Assembly: GCA_965261345.1 (NCBI GenBank)
Contig: OZ253449.1
Coordinates: forward strand, 672,001 to 736,000
Direction of reading: 5' to 3'
Length of the DNA stretch: 64,000 nt
Origin: Chloroflexota bacterium
Lineage (GTDB): Bacteria > Chloroflexota > UBA11872 > VXNJ01
Shown one piece after another: positions 51,702-61,288 of this stretch (its first letter is position 1; each line of letters opens with the position of its first letter). Under the pieces are notes generated by a model that worked only from the letters and a program-made list of their open reading frames with translations, was not told where the DNA came from and ran no database searches. The position numbers were made by a program, and so were the translations under genes.

Positions 51702-52613
51702 TTACGAGCCTTTCAGGCGGTCGCCGGTCCGCGGATTCTTGCGTGCCATCTGCCGATACATGGCTGAGGCCGACCCGCTAACGTGCCCGAGCCGTTCGCG
51801 CACCGCGATCAGCGAGTCGACGTTACTGGCGACATTGGTCGCGAAGGTGTGTCGCAGTGTCCGCGGTGATACCTGCTTCTTAATTCCGGCCGCAAGTGCC
51901 AGGCGCTTTAGGATCAACCAAATCCCCTGGCGAGTGAGCCGTTCACCCCGTTGGTTGACAAAAAGCGCCCTCTGGTCGGGCCCCGCCACCGTGCGGCGCT
52001 GACCATAGATCCAGGACCGGAGAGCCTGCACCACGCGCGGACCGATCGGCTGATCGCGCTGTGACCGCAATCCCCGCCCGCAGCGTACGCTGGCCTCGGT
52101 CAGATCGATATCGGCGAGGTCTAATCGAATCACCTCGGTAGCCTGTACTCCGGTTGCGTACAGGATTTCCAGTATTGCTCGCTCACGCTGCGGGGCAAAT
52201 TCCCCTGGGCCGGTCATGGCCGCATCGATTAGGCGGTCGACGTCGCTGGTGGTTAGTACCTGTGGCGGAGGCAATCTCCGCCACGAACTCTGCATGCCGT
52301 CGGTCGGGTTGTCGTCCACCCTCCCGTTGGCGGTCAAGTAGCGGTACAGGGCGCGCAGTGACGCCATCTTGCGCGACTGGGTCGAGGACGCGTACCCGCG
52401 GGCAATTAGCATTTCCCGATAGTTGCCGATATCGGACTTTGGGACCTGCCAATCGTCACATCCGCAGGCATATAAAAAGTCGAGCAGCTGGGCAATGTCG
52501 GCAGCGTAGGCGGCGACGGTGTTTGGTGCTAACCCGCGCTCCTGGCGAAGGTGTTCTAGAAAATCACGGACATCGCTTGCAAATCGCTCTGGCGCCTTCG
52601 GTTCAGTCGCCAT
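51702..52613 (-). CDS. XerD-like tyrosine recombinase with degenerate catalytic motifs
   Basis: ERGLAPNTVAAY, LYATGVQATE, LFVNQRGERLTRQGIW.ILK, SPRTLRHTFAT, LGH...MY. Adjacent to punA, as xerD often is. Confidence 0.88.
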   Translation of the reverse strand: MATEPKAPERFASDVRDFLEHLRQERGLAPNTVAAYAADIAQLLDFLYACGCDDWQVPKSDIGNYREMLIARGYASSTQSRKMASLRALYRYLTANGRVDDNPTDGMQSSWRRLPPPQVLTTSDVDRLIDAAMTGPGEFAPQRERAILEILYATGVQATEVIRLDLADIDLTEASVRCGRGLRSQRDQPIGPRVVQALRSWIYGQRRTVAGPDQRALFVNQRGERLTRQGIWLILKRLALAAGIKKQVSPRTLRHTFATNVASNVDSLIAVRERLGHVSGSASAMYRQMARKNPRTGDRLKGS

Positions 52614-52631
52614 TTTGATCCCTAATCGCCG

Positions 52632-53270
52632 CTAAAGATCTTCCACCAGGATGGCCCGGGCAGGCGCGCCGTCACCGCGCGCGATCTTGAGCGGCAGGCA
52701 AAACAGGTTGTAGTGCCCGGGGATGATGTTGGCCAAATCCAGTCCCTCAGCTATCGCCAGGCGATTGCCCAGGATCACCCGGTGCGTATCGAACCGCTTG
52801 GAATCCATTGGTTCGATCGAGAGATAGTCGATCCCGACTACCTTTACGCCACGATCTACGATCCAGCGCGCGCCGCCGGGCATCAGCGCCGAATACTGCG
52901 ATTGGTATTCGGGTTGTTTGAGTAGTTCCTTGGTTGAGTTTGAGGTCTTAATTAGCAGTCGGCGCACGCCGGGCGGAATGCGGGCTGCTTCAAGGTGTTC
53001 GCGCCCGATTTCCTCAACACCCAGGATTTCAGTCACATAAGCCGGCCCGCAGAGCATGTTTAAATCCAGCCGGTCAACCGTCATGGTGCCGTCAAAAAAG
53101 TGCGCCGGCGGATCAACATGGGTACCCGAATGGGTCCCCAGACTGAGCGTTGAGACGTTGCTGTTGCCGCCATTGACGATTCGAGTGGAAACATCAATTT
53201 CGATTGACGGCTCATCCGGGTGGGTCGGAGTGTCGCCGTCGAGTGGCATCGAAATGTCGTAAATACGCGT
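52632..53270 (-). CDS. Cyclase family protein (kynurenine formamidase-like)
   Basis: HSGTHVDPPAHF, GIDYLSIE, EGLDL, LPLKI..GDGAPARA. Proposed ACG start at 53270 (the track extends to ATG 53378). Confidence 0.9.
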   Translation of the reverse strand, partial: TRIYDISMPLDGDTPTHPDEPSIEIDVSTRIVNGGNSNVSTLSLGTHSGTHVDPPAHFFDGTMTVDRLDLNMLCGPAYVTEILGVEEIGREHLEAARIPPGVRRLLIKTSNSTKELLKQPEYQSQYSALMPGGARWIVDRGVKVVGIDYLSIEPMDSKRFDTHRVILGNRLAIAEGLDLANIIPGHYNLFCLPLKIARGDGAPARAILVEDL

Positions 53271-53363
53271 CTTGGTTCTCCTAAATCGCTTGCAAGATTC
53301 ACACCTGGGCGGCTGCGCGGCAACCCCTGACCGGGAGGCCTGTTGAGCGGCGTCGGGTTCAAT

Positions 53364-53391
53364 TATCGCGGGAAACATATTTATGTTAACT
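53364..53391. other. dif-like Xer recombination/binding site
   Basis: TATCGCGGGAA-ACATAT-TTATGTTAACT: 11-6-11 layout. The right arm differs by one base from the E. coli XerD arm TTATGTTAAAT. Confidence 0.6.
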
Positions 53392-53460
53392 TCAAAAATG
53401 TGCGGGCAGGCAATATTCCTGCCGCCCGAGCAAGAGTTGGCAACTGTCGCGGCAACGCAA

Positions 53461-54723
53461 ATGATCGAATGTGACCTGGCCTATGGCCGGGGTCGGCTTG
53501 CGCTGTCCCTGCCCAAAGGCGCCACTCGGGTAATCGCCCCGAAATTCCCGCCGCCGCTGGCCGAGCCGGAAGCGGTATTGCGAGCGGCCTTGGCCGAGCC
53601 GGTCGGTGCCGCGCCGCTGGCGCAATTGATCGGGCCCGACGAGAGCCTGGCAATCGTTTTTTGCGATTACACACGACCGGCGCCCTCGCGCTTGATGATT
53701 GAGGCCATCATCGATTCGCTCCCGCCCGGGCATGCCGGCGACATCTCATTGATAAATGCCCTAGGGTTGCACCGGCCCAACTCGCCAGCCGAGTTGGAGG
53801 AGATGCTCGGTCCCGGGCTACTTGCCCGCTTTGAGGTGGTGCAGGTCGATGCCGGATCGGCCGGCAGCTTTGCAAGCGTGGGAATGACCAGTTCGGGTCG
53901 TCCGGTTGCGCTCTGCCGGCAGTATGTCCAGGCGGACAGACGGATCACGACCGGATTCGTTGAACCGCATTTCTTTGCCGGGTTCTCCGGCGGAGCCAAA
54001 CTGACGCTTCCCGGGGTCGCCTCGCCCGAATCGATCATGGCCAACCACGATGCCCAGATGATCGATGATGCGAACTCGACCTGGGGTCGAACCGACACCA
54101 ACCCGATCTTCCGCGAACAGCGCGAAGCCGCCGCGCTTTGCCCGCCGGATCTGATCGTCAACGTAGCGCTCGACGCCCGGAAGAGGATCACCGCGGTCTA
54201 TTGCGGGGAGCTTACCGAGACTCACCGGCGCGCATGTCACGAGGTGGCAGCGTGCGCGAACGCACCGCTGGCCAACCGATTCGATTTGGTCATTAGCTCC
54301 AACAGCGGTTTTCCCTTGGACCAGAATTTTTACCAGGCGGTAAAGGGGTTATCGGCGGCTGCCCAGTTCGTGCGGCCGGGCGGAGATCTGGTCATCGCCA
54401 GCCAGTGTCAGGAGGGGGTTGGCCACGGCCATTTCGCCGCCTACTTGGCCCGCGGTCTGGCGCCGAAACACCTGCTGGCCCAGATCCGCCAACAACCCTG
54501 TCCGCGGGCCGATCAATGGCAAGCCCAGATTTTGGCCAAGGTTCTCGCCCGTGCGCGTGTGCACGTTCGTGCGGATGGGCTAAGCGACCGGCAGATCAGG
54601 TCCAGCGGATGCGAACCGTGCCACGACATTTCGGCACTGGCCGGGCGGTTGACGGGCGGACGGAGCGATTACTCGATCGCAGTTTTGCCCGAAGGGCCGC
54701 TAACCATCGCCATGCAAAAGTAA
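53461..54723 (+). CDS. larA: Nickel-pincer-dependent lactate racemase family protein
   Basis: LAYG N-terminus, DYTRP, ALGLHRP, EPHFFAGFSGGAK, NH, PLDQNFYQAVKG, DQWQ, LPEGP. Confidence 0.92.
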   Translation: MIECDLAYGRGRLALSLPKGATRVIAPKFPPPLAEPEAVLRAALAEPVGAAPLAQLIGPDESLAIVFCDYTRPAPSRLMIEAIIDSLPPGHAGDISLINALGLHRPNSPAELEEMLGPGLLARFEVVQVDAGSAGSFASVGMTSSGRPVALCRQYVQADRRITTGFVEPHFFAGFSGGAKLTLPGVASPESIMANHDAQMIDDANSTWGRTDTNPIFREQREAAALCPPDLIVNVALDARKRITAVYCGELTETHRRACHEVAACANAPLANRFDLVISSNSGFPLDQNFYQAVKGLSAAAQFVRPGGDLVIASQCQEGVGHGHFAAYLARGLAPKHLLAQIRQQPCPRADQWQAQILAKVLARARVHVRADGLSDRQIRSSGCEPCHDISALAGRLTGGRSDYSIAVLPEGPLTIAMQK

Positions 54724-54862
54724 AAGCCGGCCACGGCCCAAAATCGTCGACAAAAATCTATAATTGCCGGCCCAAATAACCCGGGGCCGCGCCCCGCGGG
54801 CCTCAATTGTTGGCGCCAGCAATCGTTCTGGGCGCCAAACATGCAAAAAGGAAACCTTGCAC

Positions 54863-55153
54863 ATGAATCAAATCAAGCCGCTTGGCGATCGCCTCCTTAT
54901 CAAGCCGACCGAGCGCGAGGAGATGACTAGCTCCGGTCTCGTGCTGCCTGACACCGCCAAGGAAAAACCGATGGAGGGCCAGGTCGTGGCGGTTGGCCCG
55001 GGTGCGCGCAACGATAAGGGCGAACGAACCGAACTCGACGTTGCCGTCGGCAACACCGTGCTGTTTGCCAAATACGCCGGTACGGAATTTAAATCCGAAG
55101 GCGTCGAATACCTCATCATCGCCGAACGCGACGTATTAGCAATCGTTGGTTAG
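54863..55153 (+). CDS. groES: Co-chaperonin GroES
   Basis: [40 protein letters not shown]. Confidence 0.97.
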   Translation: MNQIKPLGDRLLIKPTEREEMTSSGLVLPDTAKEKPMEGQVVAVGPGARNDKGERTELDVAVGNTVLFAKYAGTEFKSEGVEYLIIAERDVLAIVG

Positions 55154-55210
55154 GCGCGGACTGGCAATCGCCAGCCCACGCCCATAGCCAAGTAGAAGGG
55201 CCGGCCCGCA

Positions 55211-56884
55211 ATGCCTCCTAAGGGAGTTAAATTTTCAGACGACGCGCGTCGCGAGTTGATCAAGGGCGTAGACCTGATCGGCGATATCGTCGGTTCCACG
55301 TATGGTCCGCGCGGTCGAAACGTGATGTACGAGCGCTTCCAGAGCGCGGAAGTAACTAACGACGGCGACAACATCGCCAAGCAGTTTTCCGAATCGTACT
55401 CGGACCCGTACATGAATATCGGAATCCAGATCGTAAAGGAAGCCGCGACCAAAACCGGTGATACGGTCGGTGACGGCACAACCGGTTCGGTGGTGCTGAC
55501 CCAGGCAATCGTCCAACAGGGGTTAAAGAACATCGCCGCCGGGGCAAATGCGATGATCCTAAAACGCGGCATCGACCGCGCAGCCAAGATCGCCCTCGAG
55601 AACATCCGCGAGATCGCCAAGCCGGTGGAGTCGGCTGAGGACATCGAACGCGTAGCCTCCATTGCCGCAAATGACCAAATGATCGGCGAGTACATCGCTG
55701 AGGTAATGGAGCGGGTTGGCAACGACGGATTGGTCCAGATCGACGAAAGCCGGACCGGCCAACCACTATCGGCTCGCTACGTAGAAGGCATGCAGCTCGA
55801 CAAGGGGTGGATTTCGCCGTACTTCGTCACGAACGCTGAGCGGATGGAAGCCTCCCTAGACAACCCGCGGGTACTACTGGTTGACAGCAAGATTTCGAGC
55901 GCTGAGGCTTTCGCTCCATACCTGGACCGGATCGTGGCGGCCGGAATCCGCAACCTGTTCATCGCCGCGCTCAACATTGAAGGCGACGCGCTGGCCCTAT
56001 TGATCATGAACAAGCTGCGCGGCAAACTCAACGTGGCAGCAGTAAAGGCACCTTCCTACGGCGAACGCATGCGCGCCATCCTAATGGATATCGGGGCGAT
56101 GACCGGAGCCACGGTTTTCTCCGATCATGTCGGGTTTTCCTGGCAGGAAGCCTCGGTCAACTGGCTCGGCCAGGCCGACCGCGTCACCATAGGTCGCCAA
56201 GCCTCCATCCTGCTGGAGAGCCCCGGCCACGACGCCGCGGTGCAGGCCCGGGCCGAGCAGATCCGGACCCAACTTGAGTCGACCGAATCGGATTGGGACC
56301 GCGAAAAGCTCGAGGAGCGATTGGCCAAATTGACGGGCGGGGTTGGGATCATCTCGATCGGCGCCGCTACCGACATCGAGTTGCGCGAACGCAAGTCTCG
56401 GGCCCAGGATGCGGTGTCGACAACCCGAGCGGCAATCCATGACGGAATAATCCCAGGAGGCGGAATTGGCTACCTGCGGGCCGCCCTGGCAATCGATCTC
56501 GAAGATTTTCCCGAGGGGGATGAGCGCACCGGGGCGGCGATTATCAAGACCGCACTGCAGGGTCCAATCCGCCGGATCGCCACCAACGCCGGATCAGTGC
56601 CATCGCTGGTAATCGATTCGGTTCTTGCCAACGACAACCAGTGGTACGGGTGGAACGCCAGCGCAGACGAGTTCGGAGATCTTTACGAAATCGGAATCGT
56701 GGATGCGGCCAGCGTGGCCTGCACCGCGCTCGGCAACGCAGTTTCGGCGGCCAGCATGTTGCTTACAACCGAAGCAATGGTCGCCGAGCTGCCGCAACCG
56801 GCAGCGCCCATTTCACCCGAAGCCATGGGTGGCATGGGTGGCATGGGCGGCATGGGCGGCATGGGTGGCATGGGCGGATTCTGA
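55211..56884 (+). CDS. groEL: Chaperonin GroEL (divergent)
   Basis: GPRGRNV, GDGTT, EGMQLDKGWISPYF, EKLEERLAKLTGGV, GGG, LLTTEA, GGM tail. Confidence 0.96.
   Translation: MPPKGVKFSDDARRELIKGVDLIGDIVGSTYGPRGRNVMYERFQSAEVTNDGDNIAKQFSESYSDPYMNIGIQIVKEAATKTGDTVGDGTTGSVVLTQAIVQQGLKNIAAGANAMILKRGIDRAAKIALENIREIAKPVESAEDIERVASIAANDQMIGEYIAEVMERVGNDGLVQIDESRTGQPLSARYVEGMQLDKGWISPYFVTNAERMEASLDNPRVLLVDSKISSAEAFAPYLDRIVAAGIRNLFIAALNIEGDALALLIMNKLRGKLNVAAVKAPSYGERMRAILMDIGAMTGATVFSDHVGFSWQEASVNWLGQADRVTIGRQASILLESPGHDAAVQARAEQIRTQLESTESDWDREKLEERLAKLTGGVGIISIGAATDIELRERKSRAQDAVSTTRAAIHDGIIPGGGIGYLRAALAIDLEDFPEGDERTGAAIIKTALQGPIRRIATNAGSVPSLVIDSVLANDNQWYGWNASADEFGDLYEIGIVDAASVACTALGNAVSAASMLLTTEAMVAELPQPAAPISPEAMGGMGGMGGMGGMGGMGGF
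56825..56878 (+). repeat. 9-bp tandem repeat x6 encoding the GroEL (MGG)n tail
   Basis: ATGGGYGGC units. Confidence 0.95.
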
Positions 56885-56953
56885 GCCCAACTTCCGGGCC
56901 GACGGGCGGGCGGCTTCGTCGCCCGGCCACGTAACCGCTGGTACCGTGGTGCG

Positions 56954-58078
56954 TTGCCGCTAGCGAGTCATCACGCCGAAATCGTAATCATCGGCGGCGG
57001 TATCGTCGGAGCCGCGGCGTCCTACTACCTGGCCCGGGACGGAGTTTCCTGTCTGCTGGTCGAAGGGCGCCGAATCGCCGCCGGTGCATCCGGAAATGCC
57101 GCCGGACTGCTTAGTCCACCGTTGGGCGAACGCGCCGGTCCGGAGCTGGGGCCGCTCGCCCAGGCTGGATTCGAACTGCACACCAACCTGCCGCATGAGC
57201 TGTTCAACTCCGCCGGCTCAGAATATGGCCATCACCGATCGCCCAGCCTGGTAGTGGCGCCCACCCCGGCGGTGGCCGGGCAATTGCAGAGCCTGCTTGA
57301 GCAGCCTGGATCGATTCTTCGGGGAGCCCACTGGTTGGATCCGGAGCCGGCAGCGGAGTTGTGCGGCTGGATTGACCAGCCGATCGCCGGGGCCATCTGC
57401 CAGCCGCAGGCGGCCAGCGTTGATCCTTGCGCCCTAACCAACGCATTCATCAAAGCCGCCTCGCGTGCGGGTGCCCGGCTTGCATTCGACCAGGTTGAAG
57501 CGATTGCGGGCGGTGGCGGGCGATTTACGGTTACCGGCAGCAGCGGAAAGCGTTACATCGGGGGGCAACTGCTGCTGGCGGCGGGCCCGTGGTCAAGCGC
57601 GCTCGGCCAAATGCTAAATTTCCGCATCCCGGTTTCCCCGCTCAAGGGCCAGATTCTGCGGTTGGCCGTCCCCGGGCCGTTCTGCCCGGTGGGATTTTCG
57701 GATCCGCATGGCAATTACCTCTCTCCGAGGGCCGATGGTCAGGTCTGGATCGGCACCACCGAGGAGACGGTCGGCTTCGACAGCTCCACCACAATCCGGG
57801 CGCGAGAACAAATTCTTGGCCAAGCGCGGAGCTATTGCTCGCGGATCGATCTGGCCGAAGTCCTCGTTCAGACCGCCTGTCTGCGCCCGGTGACACCCGA
57901 CGGTCTGCCGCTGATCGGACCGGTACCGGGCCTGGAGGGGGTTTGGATCTGCGGGGGGCACGGCCGGGCCGGAATACTGCTCGGTCCGATAAGTTCGCGC
58001 GAGCTTTGCGCCCGAATACAGGGCCACTCCGGTTCGCTCGACCTTGCGCAATTTACCCCCGGCCGCTTCTGGAGTTAA
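56954..58078 (+). CDS. FAD-dependent oxidoreductase, glycine/D-amino acid oxidase family
   Basis: IIGGGIVG, GASGNAAG, AAGPWS, PLKGQ, LRPVTPDGLPLIG, GHGRAGI. Confidence 0.92.
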   Translation: MPLASHHAEIVIIGGGIVGAAASYYLARDGVSCLLVEGRRIAAGASGNAAGLLSPPLGERAGPELGPLAQAGFELHTNLPHELFNSAGSEYGHHRSPSLVVAPTPAVAGQLQSLLEQPGSILRGAHWLDPEPAAELCGWIDQPIAGAICQPQAASVDPCALTNAFIKAASRAGARLAFDQVEAIAGGGGRFTVTGSSGKRYIGGQLLLAAGPWSSALGQMLNFRIPVSPLKGQILRLAVPGPFCPVGFSDPHGNYLSPRADGQVWIGTTEETVGFDSSTTIRAREQILGQARSYCSRIDLAEVLVQTACLRPVTPDGLPLIGPVPGLEGVWICGGHGRAGILLGPISSRELCARIQGHSGSLDLAQFTPGRFWS

Positions 58079-58146
58079 ATCGCCTCTGGCCGGCAACATT
58101 GTCAGAATTTATAGCGTTCAACTTTCAACATACGGTGCAATCGTAG

Positions 58147-59319
58147 ATGCCGCTTGGTCAATACCTGTCACGCCACGGACGCCATCGCCACCATCTCGAT
58201 CAGGCCGAGCAGATTGCAACCTCTGCTCCGGTCCGATTTCAACTGGGCGCCGGCCAACCAGATCCCGGATCAATGCCGCTAGACGACTTGGCCGAATCGG
58301 CCCGGGCGGTCCTTAGCACCGACCACAGCGCCCTGCTGTACGGTGGCGGGCAAGGGTATGAGCCGCTGCGCGACCTAATTGTCGAAAAAACGCTGCGCCT
58401 TGAGAACCTCAATATCAGCCCGCAGAACCTGCTGATTAGCAACGGGGCGGCGCAGGCTTTGGGCCTGCTTGCCACCGCCGTATTGGATCCGGGCGACCGG
58501 GTCCTAATCGACGAAGCCAGTTGGGGCGCTTCATTCTTTAGCGGATTTGGTGCCGAATTGATTCCGATTCGCTGGGACGACGAGGGCCCCCTGCTGGCCG
58601 ATGTCGAACGCGCCTGCCGGGCGGGTCCAATCAAATTTTTCTACACGATACCGACCTTCCAGAATCCGCTTGGCATAACTGCCAGTCTGGCCCGCCGGAG
58701 GGCAATCCTGGAACTGGCCCGCCGGTTCGGTTTTTTACTCGTAGAGGATGACGCCTATTACGAGCTGCGATTTGCCGGTAAATCGGTTCCCAGCCTGTAT
58801 CAACTGGCCAATGGGGAGGGAGTGGTTCGAACCGGAACCTTTTCAAAAATTTTGGGGGCCGGCGTCCGCTTGGGCTGGGCGATGGCCGACCCGGCCACGA
58901 TCAGCCTGCTCGCCGCGCACAAGTACGACCTGGGGGCGAGCCCGTTTACCAGCCGGATAGTGGTTAATTTCATGGGCGAACACATGTATCGCCACATTCA
59001 AAAATTACAGGTCGTCTATCGCGATAAGTGCGACGCCCTGCTCGAGGTGCTGGGCGCAAATCTACCCCAACCGGAATTTTCCTGGTCGCAGCCCGAGGGT
59101 GGTTTCTACTGCTGGATCAAGCTGCCCGAAGGAGTCTGTGCGCTCTCCAGTGAGCGATTGCTGGCCGAGCGGGGGGTGGAACTCTGGGCCGGTTCGTGGT
59201 TTCGTCCCACCCCCGGCGAGGACGGTCACTTGCGGGTCGCCTATTCGTTCGCCAGCCTGCCCCAAATTCGTGCCGGTGCTGACATCATCTGCCAGGTATT
59301 GCGCCAGCAGGCAAAATGA
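58147..59319 (+). CDS. PLP-dependent aminotransferase class I/II (LysN/MocR-AT-like)
   Basis: GQPDP, NGAAQA, YTIPTFQNPLG, EDDAY, GTFSKILGAGVRLGW, PEGGFY. Confidence 0.92.
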   Translation: MPLGQYLSRHGRHRHHLDQAEQIATSAPVRFQLGAGQPDPGSMPLDDLAESARAVLSTDHSALLYGGGQGYEPLRDLIVEKTLRLENLNISPQNLLISNGAAQALGLLATAVLDPGDRVLIDEASWGASFFSGFGAELIPIRWDDEGPLLADVERACRAGPIKFFYTIPTFQNPLGITASLARRRAILELARRFGFLLVEDDAYYELRFAGKSVPSLYQLANGEGVVRTGTFSKILGAGVRLGWAMADPATISLLAAHKYDLGASPFTSRIVVNFMGEHMYRHIQKLQVVYRDKCDALLEVLGANLPQPEFSWSQPEGGFYCWIKLPEGVCALSSERLLAERGVELWAGSWFRPTPGEDGHLRVAYSFASLPQIRAGADIICQVLRQQAK

Positions 59320-59385
59320 CTCCAGGGGCGCAAAATCGCAGGTGGGCTCGTTAATAATGGGCCAAAGCGGACGGAGGGGGAAACT

Positions 59386-60447
59386 TTGAGAGAAAACTTG
59401 GAGACGACCAGGCTCGATCACCTGGCGCTTGAGGATTTCAGCAGCCAATTGTTCCAGTCCTGCGGGGTCAATAGCAAAAACGCGGAATTGACCGCCCGCA
59501 GCTTGGTATGGGCCGATTTGCGCGGCGTCTATTCGCACGGCGTTGTCCGCCTTCAACCCTCATATCTGCAATCTCTAACGACCGGGATGTTAAATCCCAC
59601 TCCGCAAATCAGTACGGTAGCCGACGGGCCGGCGTTTGCGATCCTGGATGGCGATGGCGGCCTGGGACAGACGGTAGCCAATGACGCCATGGCGGCGGCG
59701 ATCGAGAAGGCGCGAGTTTGCGGAATCGGCCTCAGTACAGTCTTTAACGGGCGCCATTTCGGCGCCGCCGCCTACTGGCCGATGCTGGCCGCCGAACAGC
59801 AGATGATCGGGTTTTCCTGTTCTAACGGCGCCAAGGTCAACACCGCCCCCTATGGTGGCGCGCGGTCGTCGCTGGGCAACAACCCCCACGCCTGGGTATT
59901 TCCGGCGGGGTCCGACCGCCCGGTCATCTTGGATATGGCGACCGGTGTCGCCGCGTTCGGGAAGGTAATGATGGCCCGTCTGCACCGGATGCCGCTGCCC
60001 GAAGGGTGGTGCTTGGATGCTGACGGCAACGACACGACCAATGCCGACGCCGCGGTCACGATGCTCCCGGCCGGCGGACCGAAAGGGTACGCAATCGGTT
60101 ACGTATTCGATCTGCTCTCAGGAGCGTTGTCGGGGGCATTGACTTCAACCATCAAATCTCTGGGCGGTGTGACCGGCCAGGAGGCCATCCAATCGGGGAT
60201 GACCTTTATGGCGATCAACGTTGCGGCGATGACCGATTACGGAAAATACGAACACGTCGTTGACGAAAATGCCAGATTGATGCGGCAAACTGTCCCGCGG
60301 CCCGGGTTTGAACGGGTTTTTGTTCCGGGCGAGATCGAATGGTCTACTTATGACGACCGCATCGACAACGGAATTCCAACCTCCGATGCGGAGTTGGGTG
60401 TGCTAACGCAGATGGGTGCCGACCACGGGGTCGCGACCTTCTGGTAA
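59386..60447 (+). CDS. Ldh_2 family 2-hydroxyacid dehydrogenase (malate/L-lactate/L-sulfolactate/ureidoglycolate)
   Basis: ADLRGVYSHGV, DGDGGLG, HFGAA, LGNNP, LDMAT, GGPKGY, PGE; strong SD GGAGG. Confidence 0.93.
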   Translation: MRENLETTRLDHLALEDFSSQLFQSCGVNSKNAELTARSLVWADLRGVYSHGVVRLQPSYLQSLTTGMLNPTPQISTVADGPAFAILDGDGGLGQTVANDAMAAAIEKARVCGIGLSTVFNGRHFGAAAYWPMLAAEQQMIGFSCSNGAKVNTAPYGGARSSLGNNPHAWVFPAGSDRPVILDMATGVAAFGKVMMARLHRMPLPEGWCLDADGNDTTNADAAVTMLPAGGPKGYAIGYVFDLLSGALSGALTSTIKSLGGVTGQEAIQSGMTFMAINVAAMTDYGKYEHVVDENARLMRQTVPRPGFERVFVPGEIEWSTYDDRIDNGIPTSDAELGVLTQMGADHGVATFW

Positions 60448-60486
60448 ACCCGGTTTTTTGGGATTGAATTTCTAAAGGAATAACCT

Positions 60487-61188
60487 ATGCGCGCAGATTG
60501 CGAATCCTACATTTCCGGGCCCAACGACCTGGATCGGCTGTTGGAGTTGGAGGACGCGGCGGAAATTGAAAAAATCGTAGTGTTCGCCTCCGTTGGCTAT
60601 TGGCCGGACAATGCCGCCGTGGCCGCGTGCGCCAGGCGCTCCGACCGAATAATTCCCTGCGCCTGCGTCAATCCGCGCCTAGGCGATCAGGCCTGCCAAG
60701 AGCTCGAGCGCTGCTTAGGAGTCGACAAGATGGCCGGCCTCAAGTTGATGTCGGCCAACCACGGTTACACCTATTCCTCCGATGTCGCCAATGACTGCGT
60801 GGAAATCGCCCGCCGCTACGGCGTCCCGGTCACGATTCACTCCCAGGGCAGCCCTTCGCACCCGCTTGAGATTGCGGTGCTAGCCCGGCGGTTTGGCGAT
60901 GTTCCGTTCATCATGGACCACATGGGTCATCGATATTGGCGCGGTCAGGCGCTGGAGGCGGCGGCGATGGCCGATAACCTCTATCTGGGCACCTGTATCG
61001 CCGCTTTTGAGCCGCAGGCGGTCGCCGACGCGGTGACCGCGATAGGGTCTGATCGAGTGGTGTTCGGCTCCAACGCCCCCACCGCCTACCCCGATCTGGC
61101 GGCCGAATCGATTCGCCGATTGAAGTTGCCAGACGCCGATCTGGAAAAAATCATGGGGCTAAACCTCGCCCGCATCTATCAGCTCTAA
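60487..61188 (+). CDS. Amidohydrolase_2 family protein
   Basis: CVNPR, GLKL, PVTIH, IMDHMG, NLYLGT, IGSDRVVFGSNAP, KIMGLNLARIY. Confidence 0.85.
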   Translation: MRADCESYISGPNDLDRLLELEDAAEIEKIVVFASVGYWPDNAAVAACARRSDRIIPCACVNPRLGDQACQELERCLGVDKMAGLKLMSANHGYTYSSDVANDCVEIARRYGVPVTIHSQGSPSHPLEIAVLARRFGDVPFIMDHMGHRYWRGQALEAAAMADNLYLGTCIAAFEPQAVADAVTAIGSDRVVFGSNAPTAYPDLAAESIRRLKLPDADLEKIMGLNLARIYQL

Positions 61189-61288
61189 TTGCGGGCATTA
61201 ATCGCCCGCCCCGCGCGGTGGCTGACTTTATCCTTAGAACCGGCCGGTTCAGCCGGTCTAATTTCCACTTTCGCAGGGACCCTCCGCA

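Noticed and set aside
54720-54862. CIRCE element before groES
   Set aside because: No TTAGCACTC-N9-GAGTGCTAA match visible.
56825-56878. GGM repeat as a novelty
   Set aside because: Standard GroEL C-terminal tail.
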